A DNA stretch of 64,000 bases. It comes from Cenococcum geophilum. Lineage: Eukaryota. Positions 47,206 through 60,002 of this stretch are shown here, piece after piece. How positions within the stretch are numbered: the stretch's first letter is position 1; each line of letters opens with the position of its first letter. Below the pieces are notes generated by a model. The model did not search any database and had not been told where the DNA came from. It saw only the letters and a list, made by a program, of their open reading frames with translations. The position numbers and the translations under genes were made by a program. The stretch lies in the NCBI GenBank assembly GCA_050273025.1, contig CP158636.1, positions 5,394,001-5,458,000 of the forward strand. Direction: 5' to 3'.

Positions 47206-48895
47206 ATTCGCTTGAGTTGTAGTCTGATATGCCAAGTCTTTTTATATGAAATCACGAATGTTGCATAACATCTAGTCAGCTCACTCTGCTGACTACAAAC
47301 GATGTCTTAAGACGCGAGAGCATCTGACGGAACTGCGTCCCGGTTTCTCCGCCACTTTCGCGATCAGATACCAGAGACCTCTGGTTCGTGTCACGTCGGT
47401 GCGAAGATGCAGATATTTCCAATCCATTACGAGCCGCGCCTCCCCGCAAGCCACCAATACATCTACCTCTCCAGTCCAGCTTACATGTCGCGGCTCTCAG
47501 CTGGGAAAGTGGGCCTTATGCATCCTCAACCCCGAGATATGCTCGCCTTCGCCACCATCGCCCACCTCGGGCCCGTATTCCGCCGACATGTCATTCCTCT
47601 TGTTTTTGCTCTTTGCCGCGGCAAAGGGCACAGCTTATCCGCCACCATGGTCCGATCCCGCTTGAGGGTCAAGCAATATCTTCCGCGGATGCGGGGAGCG
47701 GGTTAGCGCGGAAGGAAGGCTCTTGCTCCCTCCAATGTTGTTCTGATTTGTGACATGCATTTGATATCGATAGCATTTACTCTTGCGGCGAGCGGCAGCG
47801 TGTGGTCAGGCAGCTGCCAGCCAATGCTTTGTTCTTTTGTTTTTAGGGGACGGAGCGGCGAGCATAGCGGATACCTTTCCTTCTCCTTCACTGTAACACC
47901 ATCTCGCTCCTCTTGACCTACAATATTCCATGTAGCGTCCCGTGGGGTGGGTGGGTGCGCGACGTGGATACGGTGACGCCTCTAACTCGCCCGCCTATTT
48001 TTGGTCTAGTTTTATGTTTTTCCTAGTAGCAGTTTCGACACAGCATGGAGAGGCTAGTTTAGCATGGGCAGCGCATGGGGCAGTGGCACTTCGCAAGCAT
48101 CTAAAACACGTTATAGAGATTCGACATAGACATAAGAAAGCTTATGACTTTGGATGTGCAGATGGCCTGCTTCTGGCTAGCGTTGGCGCGCGGGCTGGCG
48201 GGCTATCCCAAAGCGGCAACTCAAAGTCGCCAGCAGTGACAAACTGCCTTACAGCAACCTTACACAGGCTTGCACCAACCCAACACGCGCCACCACCGCG
48301 GCGCTCTCTTTCGCGGCTCGAAATAGAATGCTGTGCGGGCCATGCATGCGTGACGTAAAGGACGGAGGAGCAGGAACTGATGGCGAAGTTTTTTCTGCCT
48401 GCGCAGCGGATCCCGAGCGAGCGTGAGCGAGGCCCGCATGACAAATCTGGTTCTCTGGGCCGCGCCGGCGGCGGTCGTATGCCTGCACGCGCGTGGACGG
48501 CCGTTCGCCGCATCTTATATTGACGGCTGCCATATCACCGCATGCGGTTGAAAAAACACGGCATAGTTTCCGCTGCACTGCGACAGTAACGGTCTTGCAG
48601 CATATGATCAGCACGTAATCAGCAGATATGGGATTTCTCGGCAAGGTGGGACTGCATGCACAATTTTCTTTTCTAAATTTTTTTTCTTATTCGTACATTA
48701 ACAGCTATTTTTATCCTACCTGTTACAGTACAAGTAGGTGCCGTGCAAGACTTGCAACCCTAGCAGCGGACGAGAAAAATGCAAAAGCCTGCCCAGTGCC
48801 ATCGCCCCGTTTCCGTGCGATCTTCTCCCACCCGCGCCGGGGACCCCTCGTGAGAAACTGTGGTGGAGAATGTGATTAGAAGCACCCGAACGCGC

Positions 48896-51800
48896 TCACG
48901 ACGGTTGGTATTTTCGCAGCTGCATACGTTAGCACATGGCTCGTCCAAACACCACCCATCGTCTCGAACAACGGCAAAGAGACCCCTTCTGTCTCGCCGA
49001 AATGAAGGAGGGGAAAGGGGTCGAGTGGGGTATGGTTGGGTAGACAACTCACATCCAAACTAACAACGCGACTACTCATCCTGCTCTGGTCGCGCATCAC
49101 GCCGACCAACCCCTCGCTCTCTTGAAACAAGCCGCTCTTCAAACTAATCACGATAAACTGCATCCCCGGCCCCGCGTGCTCCTTTACGTACTTAGCCACC
49201 CTAGACACATTGACGTTGTCCAGCGCGGCGTCGACCTCGTCCAGCACGAAAAACGGACTCGGCTGGAACGAGTGGATGGCAAACAGCAGCGCCAGCGCCG
49301 CGATCGTCTTCTCGCCGCCAGAGAGGTGCTCCATGTCGCGGAACCGCTTGAGCGGCGGCATGGCGTGGTATTTCAGCCCGCTCAGGAACGGCTCGGCCGA
49401 GTCCTCGGTGTCCAGGTACGCCTGCCCGCCCATCGGGAACTGTGCGCTGCGCGTCAGCTCGCGGTACGTCGTGCCGATCTGCTCCGCGATGTGCGAGAAG
49501 GCCTTTTGGAAGAGGGTTAGCCGCTGCGTTTTCACGTCTTCGAAGGCGTCTTTGGCTCGTTTGGCTGCCCGGCGTGCGGCGTCGAATTCTTTTTCGGTGG
49601 ATTTCAGCCGCGTCAGCACGGTTTCGAGGCGCTCGATCGCGCGCATGTTGGGCGACATTTTGTCTAGGGCACTGCTGAGGTTGGAGATGGTTTCGAGGAG
49701 CATGGCTTCGCGCTGGGGGGATGGATCCTGTGGGTAGCGTTAGTTTCTAGCTCGTAAAGTTGGGTCAGGGTGTAGCCCAGGGGAAAGGAAGGGACGGAAG
49801 GGAGTGGAGATCAGGCACACATTTTCCAGTTCCTCGTCCAGCTCGTCGAAATCGACCTCGATGCCATAGTCCTGCACCTCGGCCACCTGCAGCGTCGCAT
49901 CCGGGTCCTCGTCCACGTCCATGTCGCCCTGGTCCTCCCCTAGCATGTTGTCCAGCGGCAGCGAGCTGAGCGGTTTCGAGCCCTGCTCAAACGGGATCTT
50001 GATCTCGTCGATCTTGCATTTGCGCAATAGCGCGTAGCGGCCGGCAGAGTTGCGCTGGACCTCGGCTTCGAGGGCCGCGACGGCGCGCAGGACGCCTTCG
50101 ACAGACTTGTTGCGCTTGGCGAGCTCGCGGCGCTGCTCGCCCACGACGTCGGATTTCTGCGTCGCTTTCTCTTGCTGCGTGGTCAGCGCTGCTTTGAACG
50201 AGTCGAGCTCGGCCGAAAGCACGTCCAGGCTATCTTGCATGGTGTCTTTCTCGGCGCGCAGCGAGACGATTAGGTCTTCGTCGCGCTGTGACTGCTCCTC
50301 GAGCGCCCTGATGCGGTCGTTTGTCGCTTGCAGCCGGTTGGTCTCGAAGCTCAGCTGGTTCTCGAGCCGGCTGCGCTGTTTCGTGAACTCGAGTCTCTTC
50401 TCGGCGGCGTTTTGCTGCAGAGATCCTTGCTGGGCTTCGTAGTCCCGGATGTTTTCGTAGCCCAGACGCTGGCAGAATGCCGCGAACACTTCGTCCTCGA
50501 CTCTGCTCACCGAGTCCTGGAAGGTTTTGAGAGTGCTCTTTAGCCGTTCCAGTCGCTGTGATAACTCCTGGTATTTCGGCTGCGTTTCTTGGAATTGATT
50601 CCTTGCGAATGCATGCTCTTTCTTCTTGCTTTGGATGTTGCGGTCTAGAGCTTTCACTTCGTCCTGGGCGAAGTTTAGGCGGTGCTCCAGCCCCGCGAGC
50701 TCTCCTTGCAGGGTTTCTTCTTCTGTGCCGCGCCGATGGCCTTTGGGTAGCTCGGCGAGGCGCTCTAGCAGGTTGTCTTTGACTTTGCGAAGGTTTTCGA
50801 CTTCTGTGTCTTCCCAGCGTTTGGTGTTTCGGTCGGATGGGCCGCGACCACCTGTCATCAGACCGCCCTTGTGAATGACGGTTCCGTCGAGTGTAACGGC
50901 TTTGGCTTCGATGCCTTTGTCATAGCAGAGATATTTCGCGACTGCAAGATCATCGCAGACAATTGCGTTGCCGCAGGCATAAGACATAGCTCGCTCGACC
51001 GAGCTGTCATAATCGATAGTGTCGATAGCCAGGCGCATGCCTCTATGCATGCCCTTCAGATTTGAATTGATACCCTTGACCTGTATAGTATCAAGCGGAA
51101 TGAATGTTGCCTGACCGTATCTCTGCTCACGGAGGAATTGAATGCAGTCCTTGGCTGTCTTCTCTGTGTCCACCACTATGGCATCGAAATGTCGCCCGAG
51201 TACGGTGCTAACCGCAGCCTCGTACTTCTTCTGCTTTGGTTTGCACAACTCGTGAACTCTGCCCCGGACGGCATTGGAGTAGACGCGCTTCATCGCAGCC
51301 ACGATCTCTCGAGCACGCATTTCCTTCTCGCTTTGCCTCCGGCCGTTGTCAGCCTCGAGCAACTTAGTTAGGACGTCTTGCAATCGTTCATTGAGCTCGG
51401 TCTGAAGTTGCGCACTGCGTAGACGCTCCGAAGTGAGCTGGTTGTATTCCTTCTTCTTCGTATTTATTTCCTGCTCTGTCTGCTTGATCTGCCCAGTTAT
51501 GTTCTGCCGTCGGTCCTGTAACTCTGATATCTCATCCTCGAGCTTCTGGACTTGGGCTTGTGACAACTCGACCTTGCTCTTCAGGCTATTGAGAGTCTCC
51601 TCATCAGTCTTGACTTGACGGGTGAGATCATTGACTTGGATCTGATCACCAGAGGTTCGCTTGGTAACCTCGCTCCGTAGTCTGTTATACTCTTGCAGAT
51701 CTGCCTCACTGAGCTCCCGACCTTCCTGCTGGGCAACCTGCTTCCATTCATCTTCCCACTTCTTTTGGGCTTTTTTGACAGTAGCGAGATTTTTCTTATG

Positions 51801-53005
51801 CTGGTCCACGACACGAGCTTGGTTGTCGCGATCTTTCGTAATCTCGGCAATTCGCGTTTGATACTTCTGTAAATCCCGATTCGAGATGCGGATCTTTTCA
51901 TCGATAGGGACAAGGCCGTTCTCTTTCTCCTCGATTTCTTTCTCTTTATTCCTAATGTTCCTCTCAATTTTCGACACATCCCGTGCAACCTTGGCTTGGT
52001 CCTTCTTAGCATCTTCGAGCCTTTGATAGTATTTCTCAACGCCACGTTTGTGTTCCTTCAGCTCTTCCTGATGCATCTGAATCTGCTCTCCAGATTCTTG
52101 CATGACGCGCTGGAAATGGAAGAGTTTCCAAAGCACATGCGTGACAACAGCCTGATCTCGCTCTTCCGCTTTCCGCTCATATTCCTCGGCTTCTTGCTTC
52201 TGCTCCTGATACTGTTTAATCTCCGCATTTATGGCACGGCGCTGGTTTAACTTAAAAGTCTGGTCATCGATAGCCTTCTCGCATTCAATTTTCAGCTGAT
52301 CATACTCGGCCTTGTACTCCAGACTGCCTGAAATCTGCTCGATCAGCCGCGTCAGATCTTTAGGCGACTGTGAGGCAACAGCCTCGACATCGCCCTGGAA
52401 GACGAGGAAGTTGCGTGCCTTGATGAGGATAGCTTCGGCCTCCAGCGCATCGTTGTACTGCTTCGCCGTGACAACACGGTTGTTGATGCGGTACTCGCTC
52501 TGCCCCGCACTAGTGATGGTGCGCTTCCACTTCTGCTCCTCGCCCGCGTCATCCTCGTATACGGCCATGACCCATGCCGACTGCGGGTCGTTGCGCTGGC
52601 TGCTGCGCTGGGTGCCCTCGTCGTCGGACTCGGCGTCGCCATTTGCGACCTGCTCGGTCGCCGTGCCGTCGGCGTTTATCTTGGAGGTGCGCAGCACGCG
52701 CCCACGGTAGACGAGATCGCGGAGGTGAGTGGAGCGCAGATGTGAGGATTTGATACCCAGCACGAAGGATATGGCATCCATACTGCACGCGATTGTGAGA
52801 TTGGATGAATGCTAGGATAGTGGGGTACCTACGAGTTGGACTTGCCAGAGCCATTGGGACCGATGATGGAAGTGAAGTAGGAGTCACCGAACAGCAAGAC
52901 GTGGTGGCCGCGGTAGGACTTGAAGTCTAGAAGCTGTCAATATAGTGTATTGGGAGTTGTAGTAAAGGACATGCCCTTGAGCTCTAGTCTCACGAGTTTA
53001 CCCAT
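48896..53005 (-). CDS. SMC1: Cohesin subunit Smc1
   Basis: MGKLVRLELK|DFKSYRG, Walker A GPNGSGKSN, ARNFLVFQGDVE, hinge GQATFIPLD..GLMTGG, signature LSGGEKT, Walker B FFVLDEVDAALD; last micro-exon LRKYQPS*. Confidence 0.97.
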
Positions 53006-53749
53006 TGCGCCGCGGTTCGAATAGCGGATAAGGTTAACAGAATTATTTGAAGGGCGCAGAGATGGACGAATAATAAGGACGTCTTAGTCGTAAAGACGTT
53101 AATCGTGAATGATCATGGTGTGCGATGACTATGGTGTTGATGATATTCATGCCACAAACCATCTCTCCTTCGCGTCGCCTCTCGAAGCGCGTCGCGATGT
53201 TGGCTGCGGTCCGCCGTAGCGAACAGAGATGTTTTGATCAGGGCCCTGTAAAGAACACCTGCCACTACCTAGTTGTGCCAGTTAACAAAGACTCATTTCA
53301 AGGACTATACTGCAATATCTTCACTCTACACATCTGTACATTATTTGTTACCATCAAGCCCTGTCAATGCAAACCCTCCTAGAGCTGCAGCGTAATCAGA
53401 GCCACCGTTTCACTGTAGCCTCGGTGTCAAAAACCCCCTATCCGCCTGAGGAAAAGTTACTGGCACTGCACTATGACGCCTAGAGCTTAAACTCCAATCA
53501 ACGCACCCTCTTCAACCACGTCCTCGATTCAAACCTCAACGACAAAGACAACCGCCTGCTGCTCCCCACAGTCACACGGCCGCGATCATAGGACCCTGTC
53601 TGCTTATCCTGTCATGAGCACTCAAGCCCTAATACATAGATAGACGAACTGTACGCCCCAATGTTTCCTTTTCCACCTTCCTCGTTTCCTGCTCGTCTGC
53701 AAAAAAAAGGAATGAAGAACGCAGATTACAAGATCACTGACAAGCCACC

Positions 53750-55603
53750 ATGGCCGTAGGTTCGCCGCCGCGCTACTACCAGAAGCCCTCACATCGCCGC
53801 ACTTCCTCCGACCTCCATAAAGTCGACGAGGAAGGCCCCGCCATGTCAGATCCGATTCCCATACCTCAAAAATCCCTCCCGCAGCCCGGACCCGGGGGAA
53901 CCTCAGAATTTTCAAATAAGCCTCTACCAGGCGACTCAAGCTATGGCTCCTCCGCTTTAATGGGAGACGGGTCTCCGCCGAACGAGAGCAGGGTGCCCGG
54001 TTTTCCCTCTTCGCCTCCAACACCACGCCTCTCGCGACATCCCTCTTTCTCGAATAGCAGCGCCTACAGGGATGATGCATCCGATGATGGCTCCTTCTTT
54101 CCGCCACTTGAGCGTCTCACCGTATTCGATTTCGTGGAAAACCTCGCATTGTCGCAGCGTCTCGAGAAAATTCAGACTTCGATCCAAGCCCAAACTGAGA
54201 AAGTGCGGCGGCAGCAACAGCGGCTCAAATCGACCGGACTGAACGCGAAAGATCGTGTGGTGGACGAATGGCGCCGGCGACTGCCCACGCCCGACGAGCA
54301 GCTCGACAAGTACAAGAAGCGGATGCGCGAGGGCGTCGAGAGGTTGGGCAAGCGGTGGAACGACTCGAAGACTATCACACGGCGCGAGAAAGTATCTTTC
54401 ATATGCGGCGTGCTTAATATATTCATCTCCGGGTATCTTGTCGGCGCGCATCCAGAGTGGTTCCATTACTGGTACACGCTGCAACTGCTCTACTTCATGC
54501 CGATCCGCTTTTACACGTACCTCAAGAGAGGCTACCACTACTTTCTCGCTGATCTGTGCTACTTCGTCAACCTGCTCTGCGTGCTGAGCATCTGGGTCTT
54601 CCCGAACTCGAAACGCCTGTTCATCAGCACGTACTGCCTGGCCTATGGCAACAACGCCGTCGCAATCGCTATGTGGCGGAACTCGCTCGTCTTCCACTCC
54701 CTCGACAAAGTGACTAGGTAAGTCTATCCCCTCCTCCTTTCCCTACCATCATACCCAACACCGCACTAACATGGCTCCAGTCTCTTCATCCACATCATGC
54801 CCTGCGTCACCCTGCACTGCCTCGTCCACCTCCTCCCGCTCGACCTCCAAGCGACGCGCTTCCCGGCCATCTACAACATCAAGACCTCGGAGCCCTCGTC
54901 CCCAGAGCACTACACGCTGCCGCAGATGATGCTCTGGGCCACGATCCCCTACGCCTTCTGGCAGCTCTCATACCACGTACTGATCACAGTGCGACGGCGC
55001 GAGAAAATCGCTGCGGGACGCCCGACCAGCTTCACCTGGCTCCGACGCTCGTACGCGCCGACGATCCTCGGCAAATTCGTGCTCTCACTGCCAGAGTACC
55101 TGCAGGAGCCGGCCTTCATGGGCATCCAGTACGTCTACGCCTGCATCACCATGACGCCCTGCCCGCTTTGGTTCTGGAGCCGGTGGGCCAGCGGCGGCTT
55201 CCTGGTTGTCGTCTTCATCTGGAGCGTCTACAACGGCGCGACCTACTACATCGACGTCTTCGGGAAGCGCTTCCAGAAGGAGCTCGAGGCACTGCGGGCG
55301 GATGTCGCCAAGTGGCAGGGCTCGCCGGACATCGCGGGCGGTGTGACGCCGGGGAGTGTGACTACGCCGGGCGGGTTCATGGCGGGCGATGTGGCGGAAA
55401 AAAGGAAGAGCATGGGCAGCGACACGACGGGCGATGATGGCGGGCTGAGTCCGCAGCCGCTGAGCATGTGCGCCGCGGCGGGGTTGGCCGGGCTGGATGG
55501 CGAGGCGCGGGGGGCATCGTTGGAGCGCATTCCGCTGCTGGATGGGGCAACGGGGGTGCGGGTTTGGGAGGGGGCGGAGGGGCTTGTGCGGGAGCGGAAG
55601 TGA
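53750..55603 (+). CDS. GPC1: Glycerophosphocholine acyltransferase (DUF2838 family), 2 exons
   Basis: GYHYFLADLCYFVN, AIAMWRNSLVFHSLDKVT|SLFIHIMP, AGRPTSFTWLR, NGATYYIDVFG; intron about 54718-54780. Confidence 0.9.
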
Positions 55604-56019
55604 TGAACCTGGTGCTAGAGGGGACTATAAGACGTGTAATATGTATGAGCGCTTAGGTTGCATGTAATCACGGCATTTTCTATTTTTCTTTGTGGGCGTG
55701 TTTGTGTCGGCGTTTGTTCGGCCTTTTTTGGCCTATCTCGTTTCTAGCGCTGCTTCCTTTTTTTTTTACCATGGTGTGCTTGGTTGGACGGTGTCTTCAT
55801 GTCCTTTGCGTATGGGAAGAGATGAATGATGGATGGATATACCCCCTTGATTTTCGCCGATGCGTTTCCGTTCTTTTCGCTGCTTTAGATGTAAGGTCGG
55901 GTGGGCTAGGTAGGGTTAGTTAATGCATACGAGCGGCTCGAGCTCTTCCTGACTGCTAGGCTGGCGTTTTTCCTAGCACTCTCTTCCGTAACATTAATTC
56001 CTACATGTGCAACGAAAGG

Positions 56020-56575
56020 CTGGATACAGTCGTTTGCGAAAGATCGTTTAATCGCTTAAGCTGGCATCGCACCCCACTAAAATCCGTATAAGGTGCGATG
56101 CTAGCTATTTAAAGGCCTAGCAACCGTTAGTAAACAGCCGTAAGTGGTACCAGCCATTGCGGAGGCTGTACGGAAGTGCCTTTCAAAAGTCTTTGCCGCC
56201 AGGAAATTGACCGCCTTGGCTCACCGCCTTCCAAATCTAGATATCCTCCCATTCGTCCTTAGGTGCTTTTAGGCGTCTTAGTGCCTCTGTAGCACCCTCC
56301 CTATACTTGTTACCTCCTTTAAGCTTAATGACCTTCTTAATATGCCTAATAATCCGCTTAATCTAAGCCCGAATCCTCTACTGTTTAAGATCTCTCTATA
56401 CCGCCTGCCATTCCTTTCTTGTAACCTCCCTCTGCTATAGCGCTCCCTTACGCGTAGTGACCCTCTTTATATGCGACCAGCAAGGCTTAATTATATTTAA
56501 ATTAGGAGAGTTACTATACTAAAGGAGGCGTTGAATATTCCAAGCGTTGTATACGGTTAATTAATACTAGTGGGC
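56020..56575 (-). mobile_element. Tc1-like (DDE_3) transposase C-terminal fragment, RIP-mutated
   Basis: Degenerate translation SNSPNLNIIKPCWSHIKRVTTRKGA...IRHIKKVIKLKGGNKYREG resembles the SPDLNPIE..W motif. Confidence 0.75.
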
Positions 56576-56711
56576 GTTGTCACAGCGACTCAGTCAATTG
56601 AGGCACGAGCGCCGTAAAGAACGTATGCAAGCCTGTACAATTGGTAGTCTATGGACTCGGATATCAAGATGAGGAGCAGAAGGTGGAAAAGGACACCTCT
56701 ATATCCCTTAA

Positions 56712-59700
56712 CCCGCTGGCGTCCATTGAGTAGGTGGTCCGTGCGGAACACCAGAATCAAAACTATGCGTGTAGCCTATAACGTCGCACCCCAGGAAGCG
56801 AGCCATCCCCCCAAGCGAGCCATACGCGTCTGTACGCGTTCTTCTTCTTCACCTGCCAAATTACACCCAAATTGAAAATTTATTGTACAAATCAATATAT
56901 CACTTCTTAAACTGAGTTCTCGCGAAGCCGAAGCTACCATACAAAAAGCTATATAAGACTTTAATTCGGGCGTTAAGCCATCAATTCGCAAAGCCTCTGA
57001 CGTCTATAGCCTACCACAATCTACCGTTACACATCGCCATACTAGGCGTCTCCCCCGACACCTAGCTTATAAGACTATACTGCATTATTATTAGGAAGAT
57101 TAAATTATTCAATGGATACACGAATGTTAGTCTTGGGGCCTTCTAATAAGGGTTAATATACTTCCTATAATAGCGGGCTCGTTCTTGGCAGAAGGCAGGG
57201 TAATAAGTAAGCATTAGGGGGAGAGATTTCTATAACGCCACGGGCTAGAAACTATAATAAGTTGTTAATTGGATTGCTAGAGGGCCTAAAACGATAATCT
57301 AGTTATTATTAGTAACTAGTTTAAGTTCTTTTAAGGCGTATAAAATAAATATTAGATTAAGCACTCTAAATTTATATCCAACTTTAACGAAAAAGGTGTT
57401 ATACTAGGTATCGCAGCGATAGCTTAGGTGATTGTCTTAGGCAGAAATAGTAAGGAGAGGTTAAAGAATCGGTCTACTTAACACCCAGGATCACGGGAGT
57501 TAGTCTCTTTAATAGAGATAATTAACGCCGACGGCTCTTATCTGCCTCCATTCTTAATTTAGAAGGGGGAGCAACACTAGGAGGCTTAGTATTAGATTAC
57601 TAAGGAAAATAAGTAGGTTTATGGATATACCTACGCGCTTTCGAAGAGTGGCTGGACGGATGACTCGCTGGGTATATATTATATTAAATACTATGACAAA
57701 CATACTAAGCACCTTGTGGAGGATGTTAAGGGCAATATTTAAAGCTACCGTATGCTTTTAATGGATAATCATTCGAGCTACCTTACCTGGCAGTTTATTT
57801 AATATGCACTATCGCGCAAGATTATTCTAGTGGCTCTACTACCTTATTCAACGTATAAGCTTCAGCCACTAGATGTAGGCTGCTTTGGACCTCTTTAGCA
57901 CTACTACGGTATATAAGTAGACGACTTCTGTCGATATGGCCATGCAGGGGTTAATAAGAAGTATTTTATGAAGCTCTACCTAGTGGCGCACGTATAGGCG
58001 TTTACCTATGAGACCATTTGCAACGCCTGGAAAGCTACCAGTCTTCTACTATAATCCTACCGCTGTTTTAAAGACTCTACTATGTATAGAGGACTCTATA
58101 GGCCTAGGAATAGATCTATTAATTACAAATATAAGCCTTTAACCCGTAAAGACGCCTAAGACGGTAAAGGACCTTAAATCTCTATGAGACCAAATCGCTG
58201 AATCAACCACTGGCCGACCAGATGGTATGCTTGAGTCCCCTATACAGCAGCGTCTTAAAAAGCTGTTTAAAGCTACTATAGGCTTTGCCGCTAATGCGTA
58301 TATACAGAGAAAGGAGAATAAAAAGTTTTAGAAGTTTAAAATTAATAAGAAAAGTAGTAAGAGACTCTTAAGTAAAGGTAGAATCCTTACCTAGGATAAC
58401 GTTAATAGATTAAAGGCAGAGGATCTAGCACAGCAAGAGCTTACTAGCCAAAAGTTGGTTTAAAAGGAGTATAAGGAAGGGATATCTCTACTAGAGCTTA
58501 ATGTTGCTTTATATACTAAAGCAGTATTAAACCCCGGCGAATATAACTAAGATTAGGCGTCCTTTGCGCACGTCTTTAGGTATAACCCCTAGCCTATAAA
58601 TACTTATTTTAATAGTATATTAATCTAGAAGGGGGCTTTGGAGGAATGTGGGGGTAAGCCATATAATTGGCCGACGCTAGGTGCAATATCACGCCCACAG
58701 CGTGCTCAAAAACTTCTAAGTCGTTTTCTTCTGTAATAAGAAGCGCAGTCGCTTTAATTTGGGCTATTTAGATTTAATTTATAGGCGTTGTGGAGTTTAT
58801 TATTAATACATAGAAGTCTAGGTGCAAGTGGCTCGCTTGGGGGGGTGGCTCGCTTCCTGGGGTGCGACGTTATAGATTTGATCAATTAATTACCATTAAC
58901 TATGCCTTTAAATCGTACCTCTAAAGATATAGATCTTGTTCAACCGACTTAATACAAAGTTCCGCCAAATCAGGTTGCTAAAAAATCACCCCCCGAGCCA
59001 TGGGAGCTGCCCAATTTTAAGCCTTTGCATATTAACAATTTCGACGACCATAGCACCCTAAATCTACCTCCTACACTTAATCGAAACGATCCGTCCGCTA
59101 TATTCAGCTAATTCTTTACTAGTAAGATCATTAATAAGCTGGTAGAGTGGACGAATAAGTACACAGAGCTATACCCGTCGAATAATGTAGGCGAAAAGCT
59201 ATGGGCCTGCCTATGGCAGCTAATATGCAAAGAAGAACTCTGGGCGTATTTTAGTGTGCTTATTTATATAGGCCTTACACATAAATCATCCATTAAGGAT
59301 TACTAGGGTTTTTTAGACACCACTGGCTTGGAGTATATCGTCAAAAAATATATAAGCCGGATACGATATAAAGAGCTTAATTATTACTTTTGGTGTATAG
59401 AACTATAGTTAAATAATAATCCTACACTATAATCTACGTTTAATAGAGTTAATAAGCTTACTAAATACATTTAGCTTACCTGTAGGAAGCTCTATAACCC
59501 TAGCGCCCACCTTATAGTTAATAAGACAATTAAACGCTTTATAGGCCACGCATCTAAAATTATTAATATTCCTTTTAAACTAACGTCTAAAGGCTTTAAA
59601 ATATAGATTCTAGCGAATAAGGGCTATATACTTAATTAGCTATAGTACGCGAAAGGTAATAAAATAGGCCTAGTTAATCTAGATAAAATATTTACTAAGG

Positions 59701-60002
59701 AAGGCTTTTTAAAGACGCAGGTAGTAGTCCTTAATCTTTTTACTTAGCGCGATACAGAGTTAGATAAGCCACATTATTCTCTAGAAAAGCATATTGTTTA
59801 GCTTAATAATCTCTTTACAAGTATTAAGCTTCTTTAATAACTATAAAAGCTTAGAATTAGAGGCGTAGAAACTATTTAGACAACTAAAATAGAGCGTAAG
59901 AAGAAGAAAGGGGCGGAGGGCAATATTTTAGTAAATAAGTTAGTAGGTAGGGAGAAGAAGGTTAAAGTTCCTACAGAGCAAATTAACTAAAGACTTGCTA
60001 AC
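56712..60002 (+). mobile_element. piggyBac element, interrupted by the Fot1-like element and truncated by an LTR element
   Basis: TTAA|CCC left end (56708-56714). Degenerate transposase from about 58902: FSLFFT...KLVEWTN.Y, EELWAYF.VLI..GL, HL.VN(D)K(E)TI.RF.G, NIP.K...GFK...LAN.GY, HIV.LNNLFTS..L. Confidence 0.85.
56781..58870 (+). mobile_element. Fot1/pogo-type Tc1-mariner transposon, full length (2090 bp), RIP-inactivated
   Basis: 42-bp TIRs ACGTCGCACCCCAGGAAGCGAGCCA(T/C)CCCCCCAAGCGAGCCA with TA on both sides; DDE_1 motifs NFNEKG, SGWTDD, LMDNHSS, TYKLQPLDVGCFGPL. Confidence 0.93.

Noticed and set aside
49122..52887. Plus-strand ORFs antisense to SMC1 (similar ones overlap GPC1, CWC22 and the VIT-vWA gene)
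   Set aside because: Shadow ORFs produced by GC-rich codon usage of the real genes.
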